A stretch of 64,000 nucleotides of DNA from Octopus bimaculoides (GCF_001194135.2 NC_068981.1:86528751-86592750), one strand, 5' to 3'. Counted from the first letter of the stretch, positions 1 through 13,573 are shown. Made by a program: numbers and translations. Notes: generated by a model not told the origin, from the sequence alone.

Positions 1-326
1 ATATATATATATATATATATATATACATATGACACCTCCTCACCACCATCTCTTCTCCCTCTTTCCAGCTGAAGTAGCCATGTATCAACTCTACTGCAAG
101 ACATCTGCTCCAGTCCCTCTATCTTACTTTAACCTCTCAGAATGGCATAAAGCTACCTTCTTAAATACTACTAAATGTGTATTTATACTTATATGCATAC
201 ACATATAGTAGCTGGCAAAATAAAGTGGGAGGAATACCTTCTAAATTAGGAGTTACAGATTTCTGTCCAGATGCACGTGATTATTTCATATATATATACC
301 TGTACATATATAACACACACACACAT

Positions 327-365
<39 letters not shown>

Positions 366-369
366 CCAC

Positions 370-478
370 ATATCAGATTGGAGCCTGGTGTAGCCATCTG
401 GTTCACCAGTCCTCAGTCAAATCGTCCAACCCATGCTAGCATGGAAAGCGGATATTAAACAATGATGATGATGATGAC

Positions 479-532
<54 letters not shown>
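370..532 (+). mobile_element. RTE-type LINE 3' tail fragment ending in (GAT)n
   Basis: Reverse complement of the family at 15250-15618 and 53544-54050 (ggagcctggtgtagccatc...ccaacccatgctagcatggaaagcggatattaaac), followed by (GAT)n running into a gap. Confidence 0.7.
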
Positions 533-1039
533 NNNNNNNNNNNNNNNNNNNNNNNNNNNNNNNNNNNNNNNNNNNNNNNNNNNNNNNNNNNNNNNNNNNN
601 NNNNNNNNNNNNNNNNNNNNNNNNNNNNNNNNNNNNNNNNNNNNNNNNNNNNNNNNNNNNNNNNNNNNNNNNNNNNNNNNNNNNNNNNNNNNNNNNNNNN
701 NNNNNNNNNNNNNNNNNNNNNNNNNNNNNNNNNNNNNNNNNNNNNNNNNNNNNNNNNNNNNNNNNNNNNNNNNNNNNNNNNNNNNNNNNNNNNNNNNNNN
801 NNNNNNNNNNNNNNNNNNNNATATATATATATATATATATATATGTACATATAGATATATACATACACCTACATACATACATGCACACACACACACACAT
901 ATATATATATGTATATGTAATATATACATACCTACACACACACATAATTATATATATATATATATATACATACATATCTGATTGTAGATTGATATACATC
1001 AGATATATATCAGGATGCACAACACCAGGGTGTGTTGCA

Positions 1040-1600
1040 ATCCTGGCGATGCAATCATTGCTTCATCTGGGAATGCACATGAGATGCAATCATTGCTTGA
1101 TCTGGGAATGCACATTCCATGTGCATATTACTAAGGTGGCAACAATATGCAGGCGACTGGTTGGCTGGTTTTTAAGATCATTTAGAATAAAAGAGAAGGA
1201 AAATTTGTTGGTACAGCAGAGAATGTGTGTTCTCAATCACTATCACAACTGCTCTCAATTACAATTACCCCAGAGTGTTAAAGTCACAGTAGAGTTCAAG
1301 GTCATTCGATGCCACTACCCAATGAAGACTGCCTCAGAGGAGCTACTGGGAGAGGCTGAAAGAAATGCTGCTCTGTCTGACCAAGTTGTTATACATTATT
1401 TGGAAAATTGTGGAAGGTCTAGTGGCCAACTTTGGGGTTGAAAATAATGTTAAATCCTATACTGGACAATAATGAATATTAGCAAAGTTCTCACTCTCTC
1501 CGTCCAGGGGAAGGATACAATATTAAAATAGCTTAGGATTCAAGGGGTTACAGTTTTTAAATAGCTTGCTGCAAAAAAAATCTCATAGGTCTACAATGTA
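1040..1600 (+). mobile_element. Degenerate non-LTR retrotransposon (L2/CR1/jockey-like) RT C-terminal remnant
   Basis: Frameshifted translation gives RRLVGWFLRSF...HYHNCSQLQLPQ, and ...ELLGEAER/YWERLK, WKIVEGLVANFG-like motifs typical of the post-RT region. A 33-bp tandem duplication lies at about 1048-1115. Confidence 0.6.
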
Positions 1601-1935
1601 GATGTGGATGTATTCAAAATAACATTTGGATAAGTTTCTATCTGAGAAACTAGAAAAACCTGTCTCAGCAGGAAATGCAGATGAGGGCAGCAACATCAAA
1701 CTCTCTAGTTCACCAAAACACAGAGAAAGGGCCATGAAAATAAAATGAAATAACTAATAATCACACCAATGGCGTTGTCTCAGTATGGCTATGGTCTCAA
1801 GCTATCTCTCTCTTTCTATGTGTGTGTGTATGTACACACACACATTTTTTTTTATCTCTGTCTCAATTTCATTTGAGTACTTCTTTTTTGCAGTCTTATA
1901 AACCCTTTTGTCACCATAAAAAGAGACAAAAATTA

Positions 1936-1977
<42 letters not shown>

Positions 1978-2375
1978 AAAAAAACAATAACAAAAAAACA
2001 AAAAAACAACAAAGTGGGGACGTGATATGGATAGTATTATTGGATGCTCAGGAAAGGAAAGAGAGAGTGTATGACGTTTCGGGCGTAGCCCTTCGTCGGA
2101 AAGATGGAAAGTTCGGAGAATGGAAGAACGGAGAAAGAGGATACACACACACACATACATATAAATATATGTTGTATATATACACATACACATCTATATA
2201 TACATATGACTATACATATATAACTTTACATATTATAGCTGAAATGTATAAAATGAGATGAAACTTTGCAGTCACTGTCAGTCATTTTCTTGTAAAAACT
2301 AATAAATGTTTTCTTTCCTAAAAAGAATAGAATAATCCTTCAGTTTAATGTTAAACTGTTTTTATAGGTTAACTT

Positions 2376-3415
2376 AACATTAGCTGAGGTACCGGGTAAT
2401 AAATTACAGTTAATAAGATGTTTGTTTATAGCCATGAAACATTTTTCATCAAATTTCGGCATTTTTCAAAAATTTAGAATCTATATTAATGGGTTGGACC
2501 AATTTGACAAAAAAATGAGCAGAGTTTGGTAGTGAACCTGTGTCGTCGTCATTTTTATGCATGTGCATAAAATGGCGAAATTTTACGATTTGGGGCAGAT
2601 TTTGTCAAATTGATGTCATGACAGCTAGTGTGCAAAATTCTTAAATTTTGTTTGAGAAATAAAATGCTCTTACCTAATCAAAACCTAAAACGCTGTTGAA
2701 TTAAAACAATGAATTGCAATAAGTTTTAGCAAATCAAAACAATTTGCACTGAAATGTAGAATTAGCAAATGCTAAATAAATTATTCTTAATGAGATGTCT
2801 GTTTATAGCCATCAAACATTTTCCGTCAAATTTTGGCATTTTGCAAAAAAATTAAAATTTGATGAAAAAATGAGCAAACCAATGTTGTCATCATTTTTAT
2901 GCACATGTATAAAATGGCAAAATTTTACACTTTGGGACAGATTTCATCAAATTGATGTCATGATGGCTAGTGTGCAAAATGCATAAATTTTGCTTGAGAA
3001 ATAAAATTCTCTTACCTAATCAAAACCTGAAATGCTGTGGAATTAAAACAATGAATTGAAATAGTAAGTTTTAGTAAGTGCTAAATAGATTACTGTTAAT
3101 AAGCTATCTGTTTCCATGAAACATTTTTCATCAAATTTCAGCATTTTTCTTCAAATTGATGTCATGATTGGCTAGTGTGAAAAATGCCGAAATTTTAGGA
3201 TTTTTGAAAAATCGATGCTGATTAAAAATTGATGCTAATTAAAAATCGATTTTTAAAAAATTCCAAGTGCGTAAGTGACCGCATGGGCATAAGCCCCACC
3301 AAACTTGTCAAGTTTCATCAAGGTCTGTTGGATAGTCTCTGCCATTGATTATTATAGATATATGAACCCCCACCACACACTTACAAACGTACATACATAC
3401 ATATATTCGGGAGTG
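2376..3415 (+). mobile_element. Putative non-autonomous Helitron/Helentron-like element with internal ~310-380 bp tandem repeats
   Basis: Three diverged repeat starts at 2411, 2788 and 3097 (taataagatgtttgtttatagccatgaaacattttt...) are seen directly. The class is inferred from the start attagctgaggtaccggg and the aagtttcatcaagg...(acat)n 3' region. Confidence 0.4.
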
Positions 3416-3846
3416 CAAATCCAAAACAATTACAAAAAATATGGAGACTGGTATAACTTCAAACTTTTCCTTTTATTTAACAGTTATTCATACTGCATAA
3501 TTAGTTAACTAAGTAATTATGCTGCAGAATGAACTGTAAAATTGAAATAAAAATGTTTCCATAATTCGGCAAAGTGAATCTGGATTTTCCCATCAGAAGA
3601 ATCACAGTAAGATTGTTCACCCTAAGTAATCCTTAATGCTTCTTACTACTTGATATGATTAGTCAGAATATGGACAATACTTGAGGGCTCTTACAGTACC
3701 TGCCTGGATAATTTATCTCTATATACTCATCATGTGTAAATATATATATCTATATAAATTTATATAAAGAAGGATAAGATCGTTATTTAAAGTACCGATC
3801 CTATCAGGTGGCCAGCATGGGAATAAAAACCTCACAAGGTAATAAT

Positions 3847-3997
3847 TATTATTAAAATTATAATTAAGGGTATCTAAGAGACACCACCATGCTTGAAATA
3901 ACAGCCAAAACTTGACTCTTAATGTAGTTTTAGAGTCAAGTTTTGGCTGCTATTTCAAGCATGGTGGTATCTCTTAGATACCCTTAATTATAATTTT

Positions 3998-4004
<7 letters not shown>
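3847..4004. repeat. Long inverted repeat (73-bp arms, 12-nt loop, 2 mismatches)
   Basis: 3847-3919 is the reverse complement of 3932-4004 except at 3882/3969 and 3901/3950. Confidence 0.95.
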
Positions 4005-4050
<46 letters not shown>

Positions 4051-4178
4051 NNNNNNNNNNNNNNNNNNNNNNNNNNNNNNNNNNNNNNNNNNNNNNNNNN
4101 NNNNNNNNNNNNNATACATATATGTATATATACACACATATACATACATACACACGTGTGTGTGTGTGTGTGTATAGA

Positions 4179-5068
4179 CAGGGTGTGAAGGGTAAATTGT
4201 TGCCATTTTATATTTTCAATGTTGCACATGCACATTGTTTGTTTTTGATTTTGTCGACTACACAGTATAGTAGGGTCAGTTGGGCATCGTCTGTGAGAAA
4301 AGCACCACCATGACACAATTCACTCTGCCAGAAATTTGGAAATGGCATGCTGTACTGCTTGGCATTCATGCTGGAAGCTCCAATATGAACAGATGGTGAA
4401 CACACATAACAACCATCAGCTTGCCATGTCCTCAAAACATGGAGCGAGAGTGATAAACATCAAACACCAAGTCAACATCATGGTTTTGAAGTGATCACTA
4501 GTGATGGTGATGTTATGCCTCCATTTATCTTCCCACATGGCCTCAGACTCAACACAGAGGCCTACATTAAGTGCCTGGAGGAGGTAGTACTGCTCTGGGT
4601 CAAGAGGGTGGCTGTTAAAAACACCTTACGTCTGGCAATAAGACTCTGCACCATCCCACACAAGCAGGAGAACCCAGTCATGGCTGTCAGGCAATTTCTG
4701 TGACCACATCATCCCTAACATGTGACCACCTAACTCCTCAGACTGCAACCCTCTTGATTATTGTGTGTGGAATGCAGTTGAGTGAGAGACCAACAAAACT
4801 CCTTGTGACACCAAAGATGAACTGAAGGTAAGGATCATGGCAACATTCACCAACTTAAACAAGGAGACCATCCAGAAGAGTTGCAGGAGATTCTGAATTC
4901 ATCTGAAGGCCGTGGTTGAAGCCAATGGTGATTTTATTCAAAAAATTTACTTTTTAAAATTTCAAAATGTTTTTTATATAATTTTGGTGAATATATCTGT
5001 TAAAATGAAATGTCAGTGTTATTTTGATTTTTGTGTAATTTAGACAACAATATATTCACTGCACTCTG
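4179..5068 (+). mobile_element. Internally deleted Tc1/mariner-superfamily element (maT/DD37D-type), pseudogenised
   Basis: Imperfect TIRs cagggtgtgaagggtaaattgttg / caacaatatattcactgcactctg+TA. Fragments VMPPFIFPHGLRLNTEAYIKCLEEVV and PPNSSDCNPLDY...VVEANGDFI. Paralogue at 54050-54998. Confidence 0.85.
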
Positions 5069-5870
5069 TATGTATGTATGTATGTATGTATGTATGTATG
5101 TATGTATGTATGTATGTATGTGTGTGTATGTGTGTGTGTGTATGTGTGTATGTATGTATGTATGTATGTATGTATGTATGTATGTCCCAAGTTCTCAAGT
5201 GTTATTCAGATGTCTCTTCAGTATTTAGAAGATACATAAAATTTCTATATTTAATGTGTTACAATTTTATTTCAATATATTTCTAATACTTGTTTTTGTT
5301 TCTAACTACTATCATGGCCCTGCATAGAAGGTTTCACTTGATGAAATCAACTACAGTGCTTCTTTGACGTCTGGATTTTTTCCTGTCTTTCTCTTATTGT
5401 TGATCAACCAAGTCGAAGTAATGTAAACAAGCCAACAGCTTTTGTCAAGCAGTGAGTGACAAAGTTGTATGCACACACACACACACACACAGATTAATCT
5501 ATATAATTTAGAAAAATATCATTTTTCAAACTTGCGAAAATAATCATTGTTCAAAAAAATGGCACAATATGATAATTTCGTCCAACTGTGTGGACATAAC
5601 TAGTTCAACAATGTGACAATATCTCAATGAATGGCAGTATGAATGGTTGGGCAGTGAACCAGCTATCCTAGAATCCCTGAGGCATGGCAGTCGATGGGAG
5701 TGGAAGGGCAAAAGTAATGAATGTAGTGGGGGAGGTGGGTGGTTGAGTAAGTTGTTGGTGTGAGGGAAGAATAGCATGTGGAATGAAATGTACATTAAAA
5801 AGCTAAATTAAACTCATCTGATCTTGGTTGTTAGCTGGTTTATATTAATGCTAAAGCAATCTTTGAATCA

Positions 5871-5914
<44 letters not shown>

Positions 5915-6169
5915 CATATGAGTATATGCATATATATGTACATGTATGTACATATCTTCATCTACATGTATATATAGATGCATATCTGGGTACATGACGT
6001 TGCAAAAAAACATGGACAAAATGATAAACAAGGTACAAAAAACCCACAGGCCACATAGAGAACATTTCCTTCATCAGCTGCCACCATTAAAACACTGGCA
6101 TTTCGAAGAGTTAGGGCGGGAAGCATCGTTAAAATACATATATATATACACACACACACACACACCACT

Positions 6170-6612
6170 TTTTTCATTAGACTGTGGTCATGCTAAGTAT
6201 TTATGCTCTTATTCTTTTATTTGTTTCAGTCATTTGACTGTGGCCATGCTGGAACACCACCTTGAAGGGTTTTAGTCAAACAAATCAACTCCAGGACTTA
6301 TGTTTTAAGCCTAGTACTTATTCTGTTGGTCTCTACTGCTGAACTGTTATGCTACAGGGATGTAAGAACCCCCGACACCAGTTATTAAGTGGTGATGGTG
6401 AGACAAACACAGACACAAAGACTCACACACAAAGATAAACACACACACACACGGCAGGTTTCTTTCAATTTCAGTCTACCAAATCTACTCACAAGGTTTT
6501 GGCTGGCCTGGGGCTATAGTAGAAGACACTTGCCCAAGGTAACATGCAGTGGAACTGAAACCAGAACCATATTGTTGGGAAGGAAGCTTCTTACCAGAGA
6601 GCCATGTCTGTG
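6170..6612 (-). mobile_element. tRNA-derived SINE, family A copy
   Basis: Colinear with 37470-37860 (tttcagtcatttgactgtggccatgctgg...gaagacacttgcccaagg...ggaactgaaaccagaacc). Confidence 0.8.
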
Positions 6613-7019
6613 CCTAATATATATATGTGTGTGTGTGTGTATGTGTGTGTATGTGTGTATTTGTATTGAAATAGCATANNNNNNNNNNTATATGTATGTA
6701 CAATAGTGATGAACAATGAGAGTGAGTACTCAGTATTATATTAAGCAGACAAATATATTGTTTATTTGAGGATCAACAATACTACCATTGGTTCCATGTG
6801 AAAAACTTGCAATTTTCAAGCCTTCCACTCAAAGATGTTGTTTTATATGAAACCAATGGTGGTATTGTTAACCCACAAGGGCTGTATTTATTCACCAAAT
6901 GCAGTGTCGTTCACTCATTCACACTATTTGCAACAATTATATCCATGCTGCTAGTATTTTCAAATACTGGACAAGCACTAAACATGGACAAAGAATCAAA
7001 ACAATGGCAAAACTGAAGG

Positions 7020-7260
7020 CAAAACTGCACCAGGAATGGGCCTTAATTGCGTGAGAACAGCTGCGTGCTGCATGTGAAGCATTTGCAACCTAGACTTAAG
7101 GATGTGATTCGAAACAGAGGTGGTCATATCGAATAAATGTGGTTGTATCATAATTGTGTTTCCTTTACTACTGCATTACAATGCTCAGAACTGAAATATA
7201 ACAATATTTTGCTTTCACAAAATTGAAAAAAGTTGGTTGCCTTAATTTTGGGACACCCTG
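7020..7260 (+). mobile_element. 3' remnant of a Tc1/mariner-superfamily element
   Basis: C-terminal motif ...VIRNRGGHIE* followed by TIR-like ttttgggacaccctg (reverse complement cagggtgtcccaaaa). Confidence 0.6.
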
Positions 7261-8777
7261 AAAATACACACACACACACATGACAGACTTCCTCTTTGTT
7301 TCCATCCACCTAGTTTACTAACAAAGTATTGGTCAATGTGGGTCTTGTGAGTTAATCAAGTATGAGTGTATGTATATATATATATATNNNNNNNNNNNNN
7401 NNNNNNNNNNNNNNNNNNNNNNNNNNNNNNNNNNNNNNNNNNNNNNNNNNNNNNNNNNNNNNNNNNNNNNNNNNNNNTGTGTATATATATATATATGTGC
7501 GTGTGTGTGTGTATGAATGAGTGGAAAAATGAAAGAAAGGGCACTCAACACATTTATTAGTGGTTATATGTAATATTCGAAACAGTTTGTTTCGAATTCC
7601 ATGCTAATTTTGCAGGCCTCTAACAGAACCTTTTCAAGCTCGTTGGGGGCCTGTGAAACTTGAAGTAGTACAGAATCTGAATGAAACTGCTATGAATATT
7701 TTATATATATATATATATATTTACACTTATACATATAGTCATACATATATATTATATATATGGAGAGAGAGAGAGAGAGAGAGATGTATAAATATTAATG
7801 TATATATTTAAATACATATGTATGTTGTGTTGCAGGTTGTTGAACTGGGAAGACATTGCTGAAATAACCTGAATACAAGTGGTGTATAGAGCTCTATTGG
7901 TATGATTCTTCCATTTCAGCAGGTTCAGCTGAAATGGATTAATATCCCATGTGTTCAAGGGCCTTAAGTCACATTCCTATCATGATAGTGGTCGGCATAT
8001 ATGTTTGGTTTGCTCCACTTAAGTTGAGAATCTATGATGCTACACATCTAGATATATCATTCTAACAGTACATCGGCAAATTTATTTACTTTGGCAACTG
8101 CTCGTGATTGATTGTGTCTGTGTGTTTGTGTTTGTTTGCTTGTGAGTTGCAAATGTTGTTATGGAGTGTAAATTGTACTGGGTGATGAGGGTGTGGTTAC
8201 GAATGGTGTGTGCGGGAATGACGTCAAACAGTCATATATCAAGTGTAGGAAATTCTTGGAAAGAGCTATTTTATGCATGTCTGAGTTTCTGTCTTGTACT
8301 GACTAATGAGTGTGCTGTGTGTGTGTGTGTGTGTGTGTGTGTGACTGCATACACTTACACATGTGTGTTTGTGTGTAGATGTGTGTGCATGATTTATGCT
8401 CTTATTATTCATGTATTTAGAAGGATGTATGTATGTATCTATTAATGTATATATGGTATAAAGGAAGCTATATTATTTGTCCTATTGATTTGTATCTGTG
8501 TGTAAGTTTTACTTTGTAATGCTTTATGCAAGATAAAAGAACATTTAGTGGTCAAGCTGAATGATTTGTGAAGTTTCTCATTTCAAATTACAAACTAGAC
8601 ACACAGGTACACCAAATAGCATGCTCTGGCATGTGCAGAACTGTATGGTTATGTAAGTAGGAGTGTTTAGGATATGTACATGTGTGTGGTTTAAAATGTA
8701 GATCTGTATGTGTTTATGCCAATCATCAAGTTCATTTATGCATTTACTTTGGTCTATACACACACACACACACACAT

Positions 8778-9017
8778 CTTTATTACTTGTTTCAGTCATA
8801 TGACTGTGGCCATGTGAGAGCACCACATAGTGCTTCTTTTTAAGCCTAGTATTTATTCTATTAGTAATTCACCGACCGCTGAATTACAGGGATGTAAACA
8901 CACTAATACTGGTTGTCAGGTAGTGTTGGGGAGACAAACACAGACAGAACACGGAGATATATATATATATACACACATACATTATATATATATATATAGA
9001 GAGAGAGAGATAGATAA

Positions 9018-9060
<43 letters not shown>

Positions 9061-9225
9061 TATGATGGGCTTCTTTCAGCTTCTGTCTTTCAAATCCTCT
9101 CATAAGGCTTTGGTTAGTCCAAGACTATAGTTGAAGACACTTGCCCAAGGTACCACACAGTGGGACTGAACTCAGAACTGTGTGGCTGAGAAGCAAGCTT
9201 CTTACCACACGACCATGCCTGTACG
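8778..9225 (-). mobile_element. tRNA-derived SINE, family A copy with internal (GATA)n
   Basis: Colinear with 37470-37860. Confidence 0.8.
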
Positions 9226-9609
9226 TATCAAAGTGGACTTCAGTATAATTTGAACTCAAAGTGTAAAGACTGGCAAAATGCTACTGAGCACTTTGCCTGG
9301 TGTGCTAACAATTCTGCTAGCTCACCACATATACATCTATCAGTTAATATACACAGTTACAAAAGCGTTATTAATAGTCTCATGCTTTTAAGATACATTA
9401 AATTGGCAGATTTATATAACATGCCATGTATCTCCATGCAATCATTCAGGCTCATATATATCTGTAATATATATCTATGTAAGTATGTGTATTTGTGTTA
9501 ATAGATAGGTAGATGTTGGATGAATATATAAACACGCATACATTTATATGTTTCTTGCTGTGTGTGTATGTGTGTGCATGTGTGTATGAATGTATAAATA
9601 TATGTGTGT

Positions 9610-9616
9610 GTATATA

Positions 9617-9685
<69 letters not shown>

Positions 9686-9735
9686 ATAGACAGATATATA
9701 GAGAGATAGATAGATAGATAGGTAAATAGACAGAG

Positions 9736-9829
<94 letters not shown>

Positions 9830-9830
9830 G
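9610..9830. repeat. Compound microsatellite (TA)n-(GATA)n-(GACA)n-(GATA)n
   Basis: Seen directly. Confidence 0.95.
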
Positions 9831-10216
9831 ATACATGTACACACACATCTATCTTTATCTTTTGCTTGTTTGAGTCTTTGGACTGTGGCTCTGCTGGGGC
9901 ATCACCTTGAAGGTTATTTTTGCTGAATGAATTAATCTTAGTACTTACTTTTTAAAACCTGGTACTTATTCTATCTTGCTTTAAAAGTAAGTCCTAGGAT
10001 CAATTCATATATATATTTAATCAATTCATATATATATTCTATGTATATATTTAATCGAAGCGTACAGTATTATATATCCATTATGGCTGATCTTACCAAT
10101 TGGTTTTGCACTAGGTGTAACAGTCTGATTATGTAACCCTGCACTCATCAGAGGTAGCCATTATATATATGCATATATACACACACACATACATATATAT
10201 ATGTATACAACTGTGC

Positions 10217-10247
<31 letters not shown>

Positions 10248-10705
10248 TATATATATACCCACACACATATATATACATAATATTAATGTTCTCAATAAAA
10301 CTTTTAAGAAAAAGATTGATAATGACTTGGTTGTTTCATCTTGCTAGCTGTCATCAGACATATAAATTTATATATATATATATCATATACATGTATAATA
10401 AATATATACAACAAATATATATATATGTATACATGTATTTCTTTATTTGTGTATTAATGCTACCACTGGTTTTATGTTAAGAAAAACGTTCGTTTCCATT
10501 TTGGTGTTTTCATCCAAAATGTAGGAACACCATTTTCCATATGATTAGCTTGAAAAATTTTTAAGATATTACAATATATTTCTTAACATGAAACCAATAG
10601 TAGTCTTAATACACAAATAATCTTTATCCACCAATGTGGCATTGAGCACTCATTCTCATTGTTTGACATTTATGTACACACACACACATATATATATATA
10701 TATAT

Positions 10706-11000
10706 GAGTGAAGGTGCATGGCTTAGTGGTTAGGGTCTTTGGCTCATAAGGTTGTGAGTTCAATTCCTGGCAATGCACTATATCCTTGAGCAAGACACTT
10801 TATTTCTTGTTGCTCTAGTTCACTCAGCTGGCAAAAATTAGTACATGTATTCTGTGTCCCACTGAATCACCCTGAGAACTATGTTAAGGGCACATGTGTC
10901 TGTGGAATGCTCAACCACTTGCACATTAATTTCATGAGCAAGCTGTTCCTTTGATCAGATCAACTGGAAGCCTCATTGTTGTTATTGACAGAGGGTCAGT
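10706..11000 (+). mobile_element. tRNA-derived SINE (CORE-like domain ccttgagcaagacact)
   Basis: A-box-like tggcttagtggttagg and B-box-like gagttcaattcc. Related to 36925-37200 and, on the reverse strand, 56850-57070. Confidence 0.65.
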
Positions 11001-11279
11001 TATATATGTACATGTTATACACACATACACACACATAACCATCATTATTAATTTCACATTGCTTCTTTTGTTAGGATTGCAATATTGCACTTTACTTTTT
11101 TTCTCTTTCCTTCTTTCAGCCTTTCTTCACCTTGGCACAATATTCTGACAGACGCTCTCAGAAACATCTTAACAATGCTTTCCACTTCCCTGTGAGTCTA
11201 TCTGATAATTTTGAAGACATACAAACTCCATCCAGTTGTTATTTTGGTAACTTCTTCTTCAGCATATATCTTTTTGTCT

Positions 11280-11626
11280 TTTATCTTTCACTTGTTTCCA
11301 TCATTGGACTGCAGCCATGCTGGGGCACTCCCTTGAAGAATTTTTAGTCAAGTGAATTGATTCCAGTCCTTTTTTTTGTGTTTTTTTAAAGCCTGGTACA
11401 TATGATATCAGTTTCTTTTGATGAACTGCTAGGTTACGAGGACATAAACACATCAACACCAATTGTCAAGCAGCGGAGGGGAAAAAACATAAACACAAAG
11501 ACACACACACATATATATTTATATATACATTGGGCTTCTTTCCATTTCCATCTACCAAATCCACTCACAGCACTTTGGTTGGTCTGAAGCTATAGTAGAA
11601 GACACTTACCCAAGGTGCCATGCATT

Positions 11627-11628
<2 letters not shown>
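11280..11628 (-). mobile_element. tRNA-derived SINE, family A copy
   Basis: Colinear with 37470-37860. Confidence 0.75.
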
Positions 11629-11712
<84 letters not shown>

Positions 11713-11947
11713 GGATCTAGTGGTTTCAGATCAGTGGAGCATTGTGAACAAAACACTTCATTTCATGTTGCTCCAGTCCACTCACCTATAAATAGGTACC
11801 CCTGTGATAGACTATCATCCTGATCAAGAGAAATGTTGGCCTGCCTGTCTGGCCAATAGTGAGGCATAATCTGAAAGCTACAACAAAATTGAATAACATT
11901 GTGACTAGCTGTGTATAACAATATCTGATAGTCTGCTTTATACAGTG

Positions 11948-11981
<34 letters not shown>

Positions 11982-12646
11982 CTTTTACTTGTTTCAGTTA
12001 TTTGACTGTAGCCCTGCTGGAGCATCACCTTGAAGGGTTTTAGTCAAACAATTCGATCCTAACACTTATCTTTTTAAGCTTAGTACTTATTCTACCAATC
12101 TCTTTTGCTGAACCACTAAAGCATAGGTGCTTTTACATGGCAACAACATCCACAGGCCTGCAAAACTAGGACCTCTCAGCTGAGAGAGTGGCGTAGAGGG
12201 CATGCCTGTATGTATGGATGGCCACAATTTTACTTAGCTTGTGATGCAAACAGGCAAAATAGAATTCAAAACATGAGTGCATAGATGTGTTTTATTAATG
12301 TTTGGTTGTGCTAATGCATGAAACTCTCCTCCTTTGAGTCACTCTGTAACTTCTGCCAATTATGGATAAAAACATACATACATATGCATTTATATATATA
12401 TATATATTATTATTAGACTATTTTCTTTAATCATTACATGGTGATCGCTTATAAAGTATTATTATTATCATTTACAGAATTGTAAAATTTGATGCTGCTT
12501 ACCAAAAACCATCGCATATATATATATATATATATATAATAATATTAGGGACAAAATCCAAAATTACAGGTAAAAAACTCAATTAAAATCAATTTAAAAA
12601 ATTAAAATTAAATTGAGCCTTATAAATAAAGTATATATAAAATATA

Positions 12647-12933
12647 TAGTTTTAGGGAAAATAACCAATTTTCAAGAACTCATCGATGAAAATCCACTAT
12701 CACATATAGAAAAATTAATAATTAAAAGCACAATAAATGAGTATAATATAAAGTAAAGTAAATATCATAAGATAAATATAATAATAATAATAATAATATT
12801 ATATTTATCTTATGATATTTACTTTACTTTATATTATACTCATTTATTGTGCTTTTAATTATTAATTTTTCTATATGTGATAGTGGATTTTCATCGATGA
12901 GTTCTTGAAAATTGGTTATTTTCCCTAAAACTA
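12647..12933. repeat. Perfect palindrome: 137-bp arms around a 13-nt (AAT)n loop
   Basis: 12647-12783 is the exact reverse complement of 12797-12933. Confidence 0.95.
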
Positions 12934-13573
12934 CATATATATATATATATATACATATATGTGAATGTTATAAATAATATGGGTGGCTAATTTGCAATTT
13001 TACAATCTAAAGGTAGAAATATATACATCACTAAAGTGACAAAGGGCACTGACAAGTCAAAACCACTCAACAGCCAAAGAAGCTTTATCTTAATGGCTGA
13101 CAAAGTAAGCAACAAATTAGCCAGATAATTAATGATTTCGCCTTTTGATGCTCATGACTTTTAATGCTCATTGGTGGCTTCACATCTTGATGCTCATATA
13201 TATATATGAATGTATATATATTAGTGTATGTATATGTGTATGTGTGTGTGTTGAATAATGGAAACAAAACTTCACTGTTCATACAAATGGTGTAGTTTGT
13301 TTGCATTCTTCACCAAAGAATGTAAAGATATTCACTGTTTGATTGATTAATGTATTATTTCCTTGTTTGGAAACAGGTGGGTGTTTGGCATCCAGCTGTA
13401 GAAAATTTTGCTTCAACATAACCTCATCAGACCCATGTTTGCACGGTGAAGTACAGATGCTAAAATGATGAAGATGATTGATATATATATATATACACAC
13501 ACACACACATATATGTATTTATGTACACAAGCATCTATATATCCATACATATAAATATGTAAATGCACACACA

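Noticed and set aside
7610-7990. Exon-like plus-strand segments after ttttgcag and gttgcag (PLTEPFQARWGPVKLEVV...)
   Set aside because: No recognisable domain, no convincing donor, and stops in all frames of the second segment.
8578-8826. ORF ending ...FGVPVCLVC, superficially like a nuclear-receptor HFGV..C motif (possible second receptor)
   Set aside because: Cys spacing does not fit a C4 finger, the 5' half is a SINE tail plus microsatellite, and no other NR exons were found in 1-25 kb.
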